Shown piece by piece: positions 37,022 through 46,398 of a DNA stretch of 48,829 bases (position 1 is the first letter of the stretch; every line of letters starts with the position of its first letter). The DNA is taken from IMG/VR virus record IMGVR_UViG_3300005544_000021; one strand, given 5' to 3'. The DNA is from a virus. Lineage: Duplodnaviria; Heunggongvirae; Uroviricota; Caudoviricetes. The notes below the pieces were generated by a model. That model made no database searches, had not been told where the DNA came from, and saw only the letters and a list, made by a program, of their open reading frames with translations. Made by a program: the position numbers and the translations under genes.

Positions 37022-39043
37022 CTAGAAATTGAAGGCAATTTTGAATTTTTCGGTTTGATCATCTTGTCTTGACACATCGGAAATATTCTCCAGGTAAATT
37101 ACTTTACCCGATCCATAAACAATTTCGGGACTATAAGCATTACTCATATTTAGAATGGCCCCGCTTGTGTTTCCAACCACGATATTATTTTCCTCAAATA
37201 CTCCAACTTGGTTTGAAGTATAAAGGATGGTGTTTGAACCATCCAAGATTGCTGAATGAAGTAAGGCATTAGATGTAGTTAAATTTCCCTGATATATTAC
37301 TTCATTATCCTCAAATGTTCCCAGAGAAATCGTTCCATTATACTTGTATAATTGAATAAAAGTGTCAAATCCCTTGAAAACATCATTTCTCTTTATTGTG
37401 TCTAGATAAGCTATTGTTCCCGTTCTCTCCCCAATTATAAAATCCCCGGTCTCCATAGAACCCGAAACATTACTTCCCCGAATCGTTGCTATAGACACAA
37501 GTTCCGAAACGACGCCCGTTGAAATCACGTTTATTGCATAAAGATAAGCATTAGCCGAATCAAAATACGCATTTGTGGTTAAATCAAAAACACTGGAATT
37601 CGTGATACTATTAACAACCCCAAGCTGATTTGAAGCATTATCCGAAGTTGTCAGATAAACAAAATCCCCCACATTAAGCAAAGAAACAAAATCTCCATCC
37701 GAGGCTGTGATCGTGGAGGTTGTAGAGTCTGCGGTTGCTATCTTAGTGATATTATATTTTTTGATCTTATAGAAATTTTCATTGGAGATAAATTCTCCAA
37801 CAACATTTGCCAGGTGAAATACAACATTTGCAAATAAGGGATTTTTCAGAACCCCAAATTGCTGGAATTTATTGGTCGTTAAAATTGTGTTGGATTCGCT
37901 GTTAGATAACTGAACCGAGATTTCAAATTTAGAACAATTAAGTTCCCGAGCCGCATTAAATCCATGTCCCTTGTTTGGGCCATAAATTGGACGAATATCA
38001 GCCTCTTGAACAACCCCAACCACATTATTTGCTATGACGTTTGCCTGAATAAATTCGTAATCCGCCCCCCGATTTAACATCTCAATCTTGTAAATAGAAT
38101 TAGAAGCCACAGCATTCACCAAAGCCCGAGCTACAGCATTTACCGTTTCGGCTCCCGTGCCTATAATATTTACTTGCGGATATATCTGATATACACTTCC
38201 ATTTTCCGGGACAATTTCTAAGACTGTATTTAAACGAACGTAGTTTCCATTAGTATTTGAATAATAATCAACTACAGTTCTATATTGGCCGACTCCGGTA
38301 CCCGAAGATATATAAAGTAAACATCCAGTATAAAATCCATTTACTGAAGATATATTAGAATTGGATACTCCAAAAACTAGAGGATCGCCATTAATTTGAA
38401 TATCTGTCCCCGTCCAAGTACCTGCTAAGTAGTTATTATACTTGAGCCCTCCATTCTCAATCTTAATAACATCTATTGCTCCCTGCTTTGCCCCATTCGT
38501 AACATCATTATTTGCAACTACCGGAAAATTATTAGAGGTCGCAAATTTAGCAACAATATCACTATCCACGGAATACATATATTTCCAGACATAACCATCC
38601 GAGGTTTGGTAAAACTCAGTATTCGCCCCCGAAATATCGGAAAAGTTTGGTTCAATTGTTGAGTTAGCCCTAAAATTATTATCTAAGCATTTGAAAACAT
38701 GATAGAAAGAAGTTGCATTCACAATCGCATAAAAATCTTTTTCGGCTAAAGTTTCCTGATCATCATACATCTCAAAAACTTTAGCAGATTGATAGGGAAT
38801 GTTCCGAATGATCAAAGCCACATCATCGGTTCCAATTCGTTTCCCTTCAATCATGTTTCGGTAAGTAGAAGTTAAAGTTGTTTCAATATTATCCTCCAGG
38901 GGTTGGAGCATATTATTGGAATGATTGGTATGATCGCCAATAAAGAAATAATATTGGTTATTACCCAAGGTCACGGAATCAAGAAAATCCTGGGCCGCTG
39001 AATGTCGCCAATTATTTGGAAGAAGTTTTGTGTTAGCTACCAT
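37022..39043 (-). CDS. gp8: Baseplate wedge subunit (T4 gp8-like), extended
   Basis: YYFFIG, FYHVFKCLDN, TSDGYVWKYMYSV, YGSGKVIYLENISDVSRQDDQTEKFKIAFNF. Confidence 0.88.
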   Translation of the reverse strand: MVANTKLLPNNWRHSAAQDFLDSVTLGNNQYYFFIGDHTNHSNNMLQPLEDNIETTLTSTYRNMIEGKRIGTDDVALIIRNIPYQSAKVFEMYDDQETLAEKDFYAIVNATSFYHVFKCLDNNFRANSTIEPNFSDISGANTEFYQTSDGYVWKYMYSVDSDIVAKFATSNNFPVVANNDVTNGAKQGAIDVIKIENGGLKYNNYLAGTWTGTDIQINGDPLVFGVSNSNISSVNGFYTGCLLYISSGTGVGQYRTVVDYYSNTNGNYVRLNTVLEIVPENGSVYQIYPQVNIIGTGAETVNAVARALVNAVASNSIYKIEMLNRGADYEFIQANVIANNVVGVVQEADIRPIYGPNKGHGFNAARELNCSKFEISVQLSNSESNTILTTNKFQQFGVLKNPLFANVVFHLANVVGEFISNENFYKIKKYNITKIATADSTTSTITASDGDFVSLLNVGDFVYLTTSDNASNQLGVVNSITNSSVFDLTTNAYFDSANAYLYAINVISTGVVSELVSIATIRGSNVSGSMETGDFIIGERTGTIAYLDTIKRNDVFKGFDTFIQLYKYNGTISLGTFEDNEVIYQGNLTTSNALLHSAILDGSNTILYTSNQVGVFEENNIVVGNTSGAILNMSNAYSPEIVYGSGKVIYLENISDVSRQDDQTEKFKIAFNF

Positions 39044-39062
39044 TTTTTAGATAGCTGTACCA

Positions 39063-41573
39063 TCAGACATAAGAAACTTCCTCACTATTCGCTGTTAACT
39101 CAGATTTTATTTCCGACAAGACATTCAAGGAACCAAACATTTTTGAACCCGCAAAATGCATCACATTAACCATCATATCTTTGTATTTATCAAGAGCTAA
39201 TCCACTTTGAATATCATAAGAATATTCCTGGTAATAATATCCATCATATAGTTTTTTGCCGTCTGACAAGAAACCTCCCCGGAATGTATAATATCCCAGC
39301 CCCTTACCCCCTTTTCCAAGATTAACCAAACCTTCGGCAACAATGTCGGCATTTGAAGTATTTTTTAATATAACTACTTCTCCGTCCTGATATCCAAATC
39401 CAGAATCCTTAACCTCAATACCCGAAATAGCTCCAGCTTCAGTTTGGACGAAATCTAAAATACGTAAATTGAACCCCGAAACATCAGACCATTGAACAAA
39501 ATCTGAATAAACAACATTAGCTTGGGAACCCGAATCATCCCCGACTACATAAGTTGTTCCATTAACAGTTGGAACGAAATTATTCAAGACCGAAAGTCTT
39601 TCCAAAACAAGATGCGAGGAATTAGAGGATAAAACCAAACCTCGGGCTCCTGTCGCCCCTTGTTCTACAACTTCCCCCAGAGCAAATAATCCGGTCGGTC
39701 CCTGAATAGTTAAATCAATGTCTTGAGCATCGGCCCCGGCACTCAGAGGATCATAAACCCTAATCATGGGGGCCTTATTATATCCCGAACCTGGATTTAA
39801 ATTGGTTATTTTGTTTATGGTTCCCACATTTTGGGTGGACCAAGATAAGCAAAGAGCAACATTTCCTGATGTCAAGTTTGCACTCGCCAGAGCAGGAAAA
39901 TTGTAAGAATTATCCTCTAAACCAACATGAAAATAGTTATGAATAACGTCAGAATTTAAGTTTACCGTCTCACTATAAAGAAATGAGGTAGTGTCAACAT
40001 TAAAGCTTGCTCCTGTTCCAATGCTCACGAGGTTTAAGTTTGCCATTCCCCCCGAATCTAAACCAACGATATAATTATATGGAGCATTACTAAATGCCGA
40101 ACTAATATCAATAACTCCTAAGTCATAAGTCACCCGAAATACTAGGGCACGATTATTTGAAGTCAGGCCATAAACATTATTGTTTTGTAAAAAAACCCCA
40201 TGTTTATTTGTAGCCGTAATAATTGCATTTGGTCCATTTATGCCAGTCAAGGTAAGAATAACAGCTTCCCCGGTTATTGCATTAGTGGTATTATTTACTC
40301 CTAAAATCGTTTCCCCAACTTGAAAGTTAGCAACCGAAGACGTGATTGTCAGGACAAGGTTAGAAGAAACCCCCATGATATTAGCCGTAGAGGTAAAATC
40401 TGTATATCCATTAGAAACGGCTAAATCTGCTCCAATCGCATTAGCGGTCGTGAAAACAGAATTTGAATCTAGATTTCCCGACATAATAAAAAATTCAAGT
40501 TGACCAGCCGTGGAATTTGCCGGGGTTACATTATAAACTCTTCCATAACCCTTCAAGGAATCATTAGCATAGTAAGTAAAAACAGCATCTTGATTCGCAA
40601 AAGTTCCATTTGCCCCAGTATAATTAATACTACCCTTAGGTTGAGAAATTGTTTCAAATAACTGAAAATAGCCATTTGGGGTCGTATTTGGTACCACATT
40701 TGTAATTGTGAATACTTTTTCGGAGATTAAAACCTCGGCATTTTCCGAGAAACCATAACCGCCGTCTTCAAAGGAAAAGGTGATAATTCCAACAATATCA
40801 CTAACTGATGTGACTCGGGCTTTACCCCCCAAACCAGTCTTGGAGCTTATAACATCAACAATATCCCCCACGGCAAATCCTGTTCCCGAACCATCCAAGG
40901 ATACATTTAAAGACGTAAGGGAACCCACAATTGTTGGACATTCCCGAACATTTACCATTTTTAAAGAGTCTTGAATCGTTTCCCCAGTCCGAAAATTCCC
41001 CTTAATGGCCGAAATATAAAACACATCAATTAACCGAGAACCTACTGTTCTTCGGACTACTCGCTCCACAAAAGCGGTCGCCCCAGATTGTAAACCCTGG
41101 ATTTGCTGATGGACAAATAGGTTATTATTATCTTGAACTGTGATTTCAAGATACATTGGAATTTTCCAGATTCCATCAGATAAGCGGAAAATGCTTTCCG
41201 AGGGATATATAACTGTGGCTCCCTGACCAAATACTAGTTTGAAAAGAAGATCAACCCCTCGCATTGTTCCTTTTGAACGGTATAAATCCAGGGAGTGTTT
41301 AACTAGGTTTCGGACATTTGTATGGGAAGTAATAGGGATAAACTTTAAAAACTTTTCCTTGAAATGTTTAAGGAATTCGTCTAATGTAAAGTCAATATCT
41401 TTTATATTGAATAAATTTCTTGCATACCATAAATCATTATATTGTTCTTCTCTCCATTCAAAATATGCCTTCATAAAGGCTACTAAAATAGGGCCGTCTT
41501 CTCTAAATGTCTGAGGAAATTGTTGTTCTATAAGTGGACTAATATGTTGTTCGAGTGTATCCATTCTATCCAT
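39063..41573 (-). CDS. gp7: Baseplate wedge initiator (T4 gp7-like)
   Basis: ISPLIEQQFP..FRED..FMKAYFEW, LYRSKGT, YYQEYSY.I.S....KYKD....HFAG. Confidence 0.85.
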   Translation of the reverse strand: MDRMDTLEQHISPLIEQQFPQTFREDGPILVAFMKAYFEWREEQYNDLWYARNLFNIKDIDFTLDEFLKHFKEKFLKFIPITSHTNVRNLVKHSLDLYRSKGTMRGVDLLFKLVFGQGATVIYPSESIFRLSDGIWKIPMYLEITVQDNNNLFVHQQIQGLQSGATAFVERVVRRTVGSRLIDVFYISAIKGNFRTGETIQDSLKMVNVRECPTIVGSLTSLNVSLDGSGTGFAVGDIVDVISSKTGLGGKARVTSVSDIVGIITFSFEDGGYGFSENAEVLISEKVFTITNVVPNTTPNGYFQLFETISQPKGSINYTGANGTFANQDAVFTYYANDSLKGYGRVYNVTPANSTAGQLEFFIMSGNLDSNSVFTTANAIGADLAVSNGYTDFTSTANIMGVSSNLVLTITSSVANFQVGETILGVNNTTNAITGEAVILTLTGINGPNAIITATNKHGVFLQNNNVYGLTSNNRALVFRVTYDLGVIDISSAFSNAPYNYIVGLDSGGMANLNLVSIGTGASFNVDTTSFLYSETVNLNSDVIHNYFHVGLEDNSYNFPALASANLTSGNVALCLSWSTQNVGTINKITNLNPGSGYNKAPMIRVYDPLSAGADAQDIDLTIQGPTGLFALGEVVEQGATGARGLVLSSNSSHLVLERLSVLNNFVPTVNGTTYVVGDDSGSQANVVYSDFVQWSDVSGFNLRILDFVQTEAGAISGIEVKDSGFGYQDGEVVILKNTSNADIVAEGLVNLGKGGKGLGYYTFRGGFLSDGKKLYDGYYYQEYSYDIQSGLALDKYKDMMVNVMHFAGSKMFGSLNVLSEIKSELTANSEEVSYV

Positions 41574-41600
41574 AGTTTATTCCATCTGCGCCATTATAGA

Positions 41601-42137
41601 TTAAGCCCCATGTTTCTTTATCCATTCATTTGAGAAGTATTTACGCTTGTATTCCTCGCCTTCCGTATGTCCAACCTTGATAGCTAGATCAGGAAACTGT
41701 TTCTGTTTGGTAAGCGGCACTGTTTCTCTCTTGAAATGAAAATGGTGCATCTGATCATGAGTGGGGTCAACAAAATGCTTGATTTCTGGTATCTCTACCC
41801 AGGAATGTGAGCCTTCTTGTCTTCGTTTCCGTCCAGGAAAAGTAGTTAATTGATGAGTTGATGTTACTGGAGACGTATAATAACCATTTAAAACCTTAGC
41901 GGAGGGATAATGTGGTTTCAGGGCCTTAACTACCGCCCGAGAAACAGCCTCACAGCGTCCAAAACAGGCGAGACGATGACTTGGAGCTTTTGAAGATGCA
42001 TCCGTAAATCCCTTGTCCTTGGCATGTTTGATATAATAATCAAGCCGGGCCTTTGATGCCAATTCTCTAATCTTTGGCTCATGCTCGGACTTGAATCTTT
42101 CTGTTATTAAAGTGATGAACTCCCCAAAGCTTAACAT
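41601..42137 (-). CDS. Papain/transglutaminase-like Cys-His-Asp protein with capsid-targeting-like leader (MLSFGEFITLITE)
   Basis: GRCEAVSRAV ... HSWVEI ... VDPTHDQ spacing of a Cys-His-Asp triad. Confidence 0.65.
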   Translation of the reverse strand: MLSFGEFITLITERFKSEHEPKIRELASKARLDYYIKHAKDKGFTDASSKAPSHRLACFGRCEAVSRAVVKALKPHYPSAKVLNGYYTSPVTSTHQLTTFPGRKRRQEGSHSWVEIPEIKHFVDPTHDQMHHFHFKRETVPLTKQKQFPDLAIKVGHTEGEEYKRKYFSNEWIKKHGA

Positions 42138-42180
42138 TTCTCTTATATCATTCTTGAGTTTGCATCAATAATATCATATC

Positions 42181-42273
42181 TCACTTAATATTCATCCTAT
42201 TCTGTTTACTCCCCAAACCAAGAAGCCAGATTAATGCTACCACAAATATTGCTAGGGAGAGCATAATTTCCAT
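42181..42273 (-). CDS. 30-aa membrane peptide (not in track)
   Basis: MEIMLSLAIFVVALIWLLGLGSKQNRMNIK; ATG 1 nt after the upstream stop. Confidence 0.45.
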   Translation of the reverse strand: MEIMLSLAIFVVALIWLLGLGSKQNRMNIK

Positions 42274-42274
42274 G

Positions 42275-42787
42275 TCAGTCAAAGAGTTCTTCTAAAATCA
42301 TAAAAAACTGATGAAATAATTTATGTAGTTCCCGATCTAAATCACAAAATGGTTTTGGTTTTGGTCTTGGGGGATTAACCACTGGAGGAGGAACAGGAAC
42401 TGGAACTGGATCAACCACAGGTGGGGGAACAGGGGCTGGTGGCTCAGGATTTGGATTAACAATAACTGGAGGAACAGGGGGCGTTGGATCAACTACCGGA
42501 GGAGTTGGGGCTGGTGTTACAGGGGCTGGATCATCAACCTTTAATTTTTGATCTGAGGGGGTAATCCAGGGAGTTTCGGGTTTGATAATCTCAATTTGAG
42601 GAGGCGGTAATTTCTTAGGCGTATTATGATAATATGCTCCCGCTCCAACAGCCATCATTAACATAACAGCTACCGCAACATGTGTTTTTTTTACTGGACC
42701 AGGGCTCGGCACAACTTCCATATTATTTAATGGGGCTGTATTGTTTTCTGGCATGGGATTGTTTGGGGTGTTAGCTTCTTCTGCCAT
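42275..42787 (-). CDS. Proline-rich single-pass membrane protein
   Basis: VAVAVMLMMAVGAGAYY helix followed by PVVDPTPPVPPV-type repeats. Confidence 0.7.
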   Translation of the reverse strand: MAEEANTPNNPMPENNTAPLNNMEVVPSPGPVKKTHVAVAVMLMMAVGAGAYYHNTPKKLPPPQIEIIKPETPWITPSDQKLKVDDPAPVTPAPTPPVVDPTPPVPPVIVNPNPEPPAPVPPPVVDPVPVPVPPPVVNPPRPKPKPFCDLDRELHKLFHQFFMILEELFD

Positions 42788-42791
42788 TTGA

Positions 42792-43658
42792 TTATCCTTT
42801 TCTTCTACTCGTTAAATGTTTGATTCCATCATGAACTAAATGTCCAACCCAATTTACTATTCTGGAGGACGTAATAATACGAGGTTGCTTAGCTATATGT
42901 ATCTTGGCTCCCGGATGTAAAATGAATTCATATTCATCTGGGTGTTCCGACACATGACTTACATAAGCCCCATGTGAACCCTTGGGAACATGAATTGTCA
43001 CATAATGACGGTTTTCTTCTTCATCTTCCTTGGAAAAATCTCGGGCAATATCTCGCCTTAATGACGTACTGGTAAAGGCGGGAAGATGAATATGAAAATG
43101 TCCGTGTTTATTTTCTCCGGGAGCCTGATACATTTGCTTAATTGCCGAACGAGTCATTCCCGTGTGAACGGCAAAATCGTGGGGTGTTTCATGCTGAACC
43201 AGGGCTTCTTTTATTCTTCCAGGAATCTTTGAATCATCATAACGATTAGAGTGCCCCATGATGTGTTTATTTATTGGGACGCTTGAACCCCCAGTATACT
43301 GTTTCAGGGCTTCCTTATGATCATCATTAAATGTATAATGGTTAGTTAATTTATTATGAAGTCTATTAACATAGTCAGGTTTAGTATTCTTATCAAGTTT
43401 AAAATCATCAACATGAACAATTTGGGCTTTTATTAGTTTGGGTTTATTTGGGTTAACATGCATATATTTCTTTTGGGCCAGAATATTCTTTAACGCATTT
43501 TTATGTTTCTGGGGATCATCCAGAGAAGCATGACCATATACCCCCCCAAATTGATCCACAAATCTAGAAACCAATCCTTCCGAAACATCTCCATTTTTTC
43601 CGATAAAACCTAGAAACATTTTCTGATATTTTGGGACGATATGTCTTAGTTTCTTCAT
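42792..43658 (-). CDS. Alt/VIP2-like NAD-dependent ADP-ribosyltransferase
   Basis: ALKQYTGGS..INKH, FTSTSL, TIHVPKGSHGAYV, DEYEFILHPG (STS and ExE motifs); MKKLRHIV leader. Confidence 0.85.
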   Translation of the reverse strand: MKKLRHIVPKYQKMFLGFIGKNGDVSEGLVSRFVDQFGGVYGHASLDDPQKHKNALKNILAQKKYMHVNPNKPKLIKAQIVHVDDFKLDKNTKPDYVNRLHNKLTNHYTFNDDHKEALKQYTGGSSVPINKHIMGHSNRYDDSKIPGRIKEALVQHETPHDFAVHTGMTRSAIKQMYQAPGENKHGHFHIHLPAFTSTSLRRDIARDFSKEDEEENRHYVTIHVPKGSHGAYVSHVSEHPDEYEFILHPGAKIHIAKQPRIITSSRIVNWVGHLVHDGIKHLTSRRKG

Positions 43659-45457
43659 AGGGATAGGAATTCTATATCTACATTAATGTTATTTGATTCA
43701 ATACTTAAAATAGTATTCAAGGCAGCTTTAATATCTAAATCTTTTGGGCGCACATAGATTAATAAGCTACTACCCTCATAATCTTCAATCAAGAAGTTAT
43801 TCAAGTTTATCTTCCCCAGGGTATAATCTATGGTTCCAATATCCGTAATTTTGGTAATAAACGTTCCATCATTTTTAACGATTCTAACAATCCCGTTTCC
43901 ATCGTCTGCCAGAATAACATTCTGTCCCCCAAATCGGAATGAGGAAGACGTTAGAACTGTTTTATCGTTTACTGAGTATTTTGTCTGAAGTAAAGAAAAA
44001 TCATCATCAAGTTCAGTAGCAAAATCCACGACAATATTTTGAGAGGTTAATAAGGATGGTTGAATTTTCTTGTAAATTCGAGTTGTCATAATATTAGAGA
44101 TTATTGCAGGATTTACCTCATCAATAATATCCCGAAGCTGAGAGTCCCGCAAAATTACATTAAAGTTATTCAGGAAATCATCATTATATTGATTGATTGC
44201 GGAAACTACCAGAGACTTGATATATTCGGAAGTAAAATCAACAAGATTTAGGTTGCATCGCACCAAAGCAGTAATATCAATATAAGTAAATTCTGGTTCA
44301 ATAAAGATTGGAATAATAGAAAGATTACATCGTTTTTTCAGGAAATTATAGTATTCAGTTTTTTTGGAATCAGGTAATCCATCCACATTTGCAATATCCA
44401 CGGAAACGAATATTTTACCAAATCTTGGGGGATTAACTTTTTCTCCGCCGAATACTGCAACGGCATTTATTTCGGGAAATTGTTCTTTCAATAATACTTC
44501 GGTATCTGTTTCAATTACGGCTCTTTCCTGAACCTGAAAATGTCTGGGCGCCATATAACGAATTGACTCTAAAGTTTCAGGTATTGCTCCCCCTTCTGCA
44601 ACCCTTATTGTGGTAATAGTTGGTCCCCCAGTTAGTTCTGAAACTGGGCCTGTTGGATCAAAGTTTGCCACAAAAACTTTTGCCCCATTTGATTTAATAT
44701 CCGAGGAAACCCGATAATTGAGCTGAATAGTGGCATTAATCTTGGGTTGGCGTCCAATAACCCCATTACCAAATAGGACTTCATAAAACCCCTTTTCCGA
44801 AGCCTGAAGAAAATAAACCTTGGAACTACTATCTAAGTCAAGCAAAGATGTGGCAAGGTTATACTTATCTCCAATTACCTTATTATCCTCAAAGACTGTG
44901 ACTGTCAGAGAACTTGTATCAACCGTGGGGTTTGAGATACGAAATCTTTGATTCTCTATATCAGGAAAAAAGATATACGTGTCTTTTAGGTAAATGCCTT
45001 CATAAATGTCTGTTTGAAAAGAATATGTAGTATTGGCCGATGATAAGATTATATTTTCGGGAATACTAAAGGTAAAAGACTGGGCCTTGATTAGGGTTGT
45101 AAAAGAAGAACCCTTGGGAACAATATAAGGCTGACTTTCTTGGGTGGCCTGAAAATCTACCTGCACCCGAGCAACAGAGGATCGGGCAGATCGGGGGGTG
45201 TAATTCAAATCCTTGGCATGGGAGAGAACAGAATCTCGTATCTGAGCCGAATCCAGGAAGGATTCCGAGATATTCATGTTCAAAAAGAATAGGTTTTTTT
45301 GGGTATTATAGGCTAGAATATCTAGCAAAACATTAAAGGTTGAACCCGCAAAATCATAATCCTGAAGAAATGCCTGACCTTGAAGATATGATTTCAGGTT
45401 AAACTTTAGGGCATCAAAATCTAGGTTTACTAAGTCTGTTGAGTTATTAGCCGCCAA
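43655..45457 (-). CDS. gp6: Baseplate wedge subunit (T4 gp6-like)
   Basis: LDFDALKFNLKSYL...DYDFAGS...LLDILAYNT...ESFLDSAQIRDSVLSHAKDLNYTPRS; AP...QERAV; TTG start. Confidence 0.95.
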   Translation of the reverse strand: MAANNSTDLVNLDFDALKFNLKSYLQGQAFLQDYDFAGSTFNVLLDILAYNTQKNLFFLNMNISESFLDSAQIRDSVLSHAKDLNYTPRSARSSVARVQVDFQATQESQPYIVPKGSSFTTLIKAQSFTFSIPENIILSSANTTYSFQTDIYEGIYLKDTYIFFPDIENQRFRISNPTVDTSSLTVTVFEDNKVIGDKYNLATSLLDLDSSSKVYFLQASEKGFYEVLFGNGVIGRQPKINATIQLNYRVSSDIKSNGAKVFVANFDPTGPVSELTGGPTITTIRVAEGGAIPETLESIRYMAPRHFQVQERAVIETDTEVLLKEQFPEINAVAVFGGEKVNPPRFGKIFVSVDIANVDGLPDSKKTEYYNFLKKRCNLSIIPIFIEPEFTYIDITALVRCNLNLVDFTSEYIKSLVVSAINQYNDDFLNNFNVILRDSQLRDIIDEVNPAIISNIMTTRIYKKIQPSLLTSQNIVVDFATELDDDFSLLQTKYSVNDKTVLTSSSFRFGGQNVILADDGNGIVRIVKNDGTFITKITDIGTIDYTLGKINLNNFLIEDYEGSSLLIYVRPKDLDIKAALNTILSIESNNINVDIEFLSL

Positions 45458-45494
45458 ATCAAATTCCTTAAATAAAAGAGAGATAATCCTCCTT

Positions 45495-45502
45495 TATTTA
45501 TA
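45495..45502 (-). promoter_or_regulatory. T4-type late promoter TATAAATA upstream of gp6
   Basis: Exact TATAAATA about 38 nt upstream of the gp6 start; marks the start of the structural operon. Confidence 0.75.
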
Positions 45503-45516
45503 TTGACGGGCCTGAC

Positions 45517-45750
45517 TCAATAAATCCATGGGGAAGAGGCATATATTGGTTGCTTTGCAATCCAAGCCTCTGTTTGTTCTTGTCTATATTGTAGTCTATT
45601 TGCTAACACTTCTGTCTGTTGCATTATAAATTTCAAGTCCTCTATTTCCTTCTTAAGATTGGTATATTTAATTTCAAGAATCAAAATTGTAACCCCCAGT
45701 ATAAACATACAAACTGTGAGGATGATGATCATAATTCTTGACTCCTTCAT
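45517..45750 (-). CDS. Membrane-anchored coiled-coil protein
   Basis: IMIIILTVCMFILGVTILIL helix then a heptad region; ATG 45750 preferred to the track TTG. Confidence 0.6.
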   Translation of the reverse strand: MKESRIMIIILTVCMFILGVTILILEIKYTNLKKEIEDLKFIMQQTEVLANRLQYRQEQTEAWIAKQPIYASSPWIY

Positions 45751-45755
45751 ATCTC

Positions 45756-46136
45756 TTATTTTACCCCGAAGAAAAATAGCCAATCGTCATGTTTTAGTTC
45801 TAATTCACTAGTACTTGGTTGTTTTGACAATATCTCCACCCAACCATCATATTCATTCTTTTTTGCCCGATGTTCATGAATTTTTTGAGTACATTCTTGT
45901 AAATCTTTTAATAAATCATTTCGGACATTAACCGTGGGGGCTCGGGAATAAGAATTAGAAACAAGATTTGCCAGACTCTCATCAAATTCTAAGCCCTCAC
46001 TTTTTATTAGGGCTTTTGTCTGATCTAGAGTTGTTTCCCAATAAGTTAAACGTTCTTTATGATAATCAGCCTTAGTTATAGCTGCCTCATGGACTGATGC
46101 TATTGTGTATGGAAATTTCCATTCGTTGCGTTGCAT
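45756..46136 (-). CDS. Hypothetical protein, 126 aa
   Basis: Open frame with GGAG RBS. Confidence 0.7.
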   Translation of the reverse strand: MQRNEWKFPYTIASVHEAAITKADYHKERLTYWETTLDQTKALIKSEGLEFDESLANLVSNSYSRAPTVNVRNDLLKDLQECTQKIHEHRAKKNEYDGWVEILSKQPSTSELELKHDDWLFFFGVK

Positions 46137-46146
46137 GTTATTCTCC

Positions 46147-46386
46147 TTACCGACCCACGATTTCTTTGGTGATACTAGAATAATCCACTTTCTGATTTAA
46201 TGGGGATTGCGGCATTTCTTCCACCAATTTAAATCTGGAAGCATATAATAATGTTGGTATATCATCTACCCTAATATAATCGGTTCCATCCATGCTACTC
46301 TTACAAAATTCAACGATGGTATATATTTTTCCTTTAACAAGATTATCCCGAGGTCTTGAACACCTAACCTTATCTCCAACTTTCAT
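46147..46386 (-). CDS. Small SH3/KOW-like hypothetical protein
   Basis: MKVGDKVRC...GKIYTI...YASRFKLV; GGAGG RBS. Confidence 0.65.
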   Translation of the reverse strand: MKVGDKVRCSRPRDNLVKGKIYTIVEFCKSSMDGTDYIRVDDIPTLLYASRFKLVEEMPQSPLNQKVDYSSITKEIVGR

Positions 46387-46398
46387 TGGTTCCTCCGT

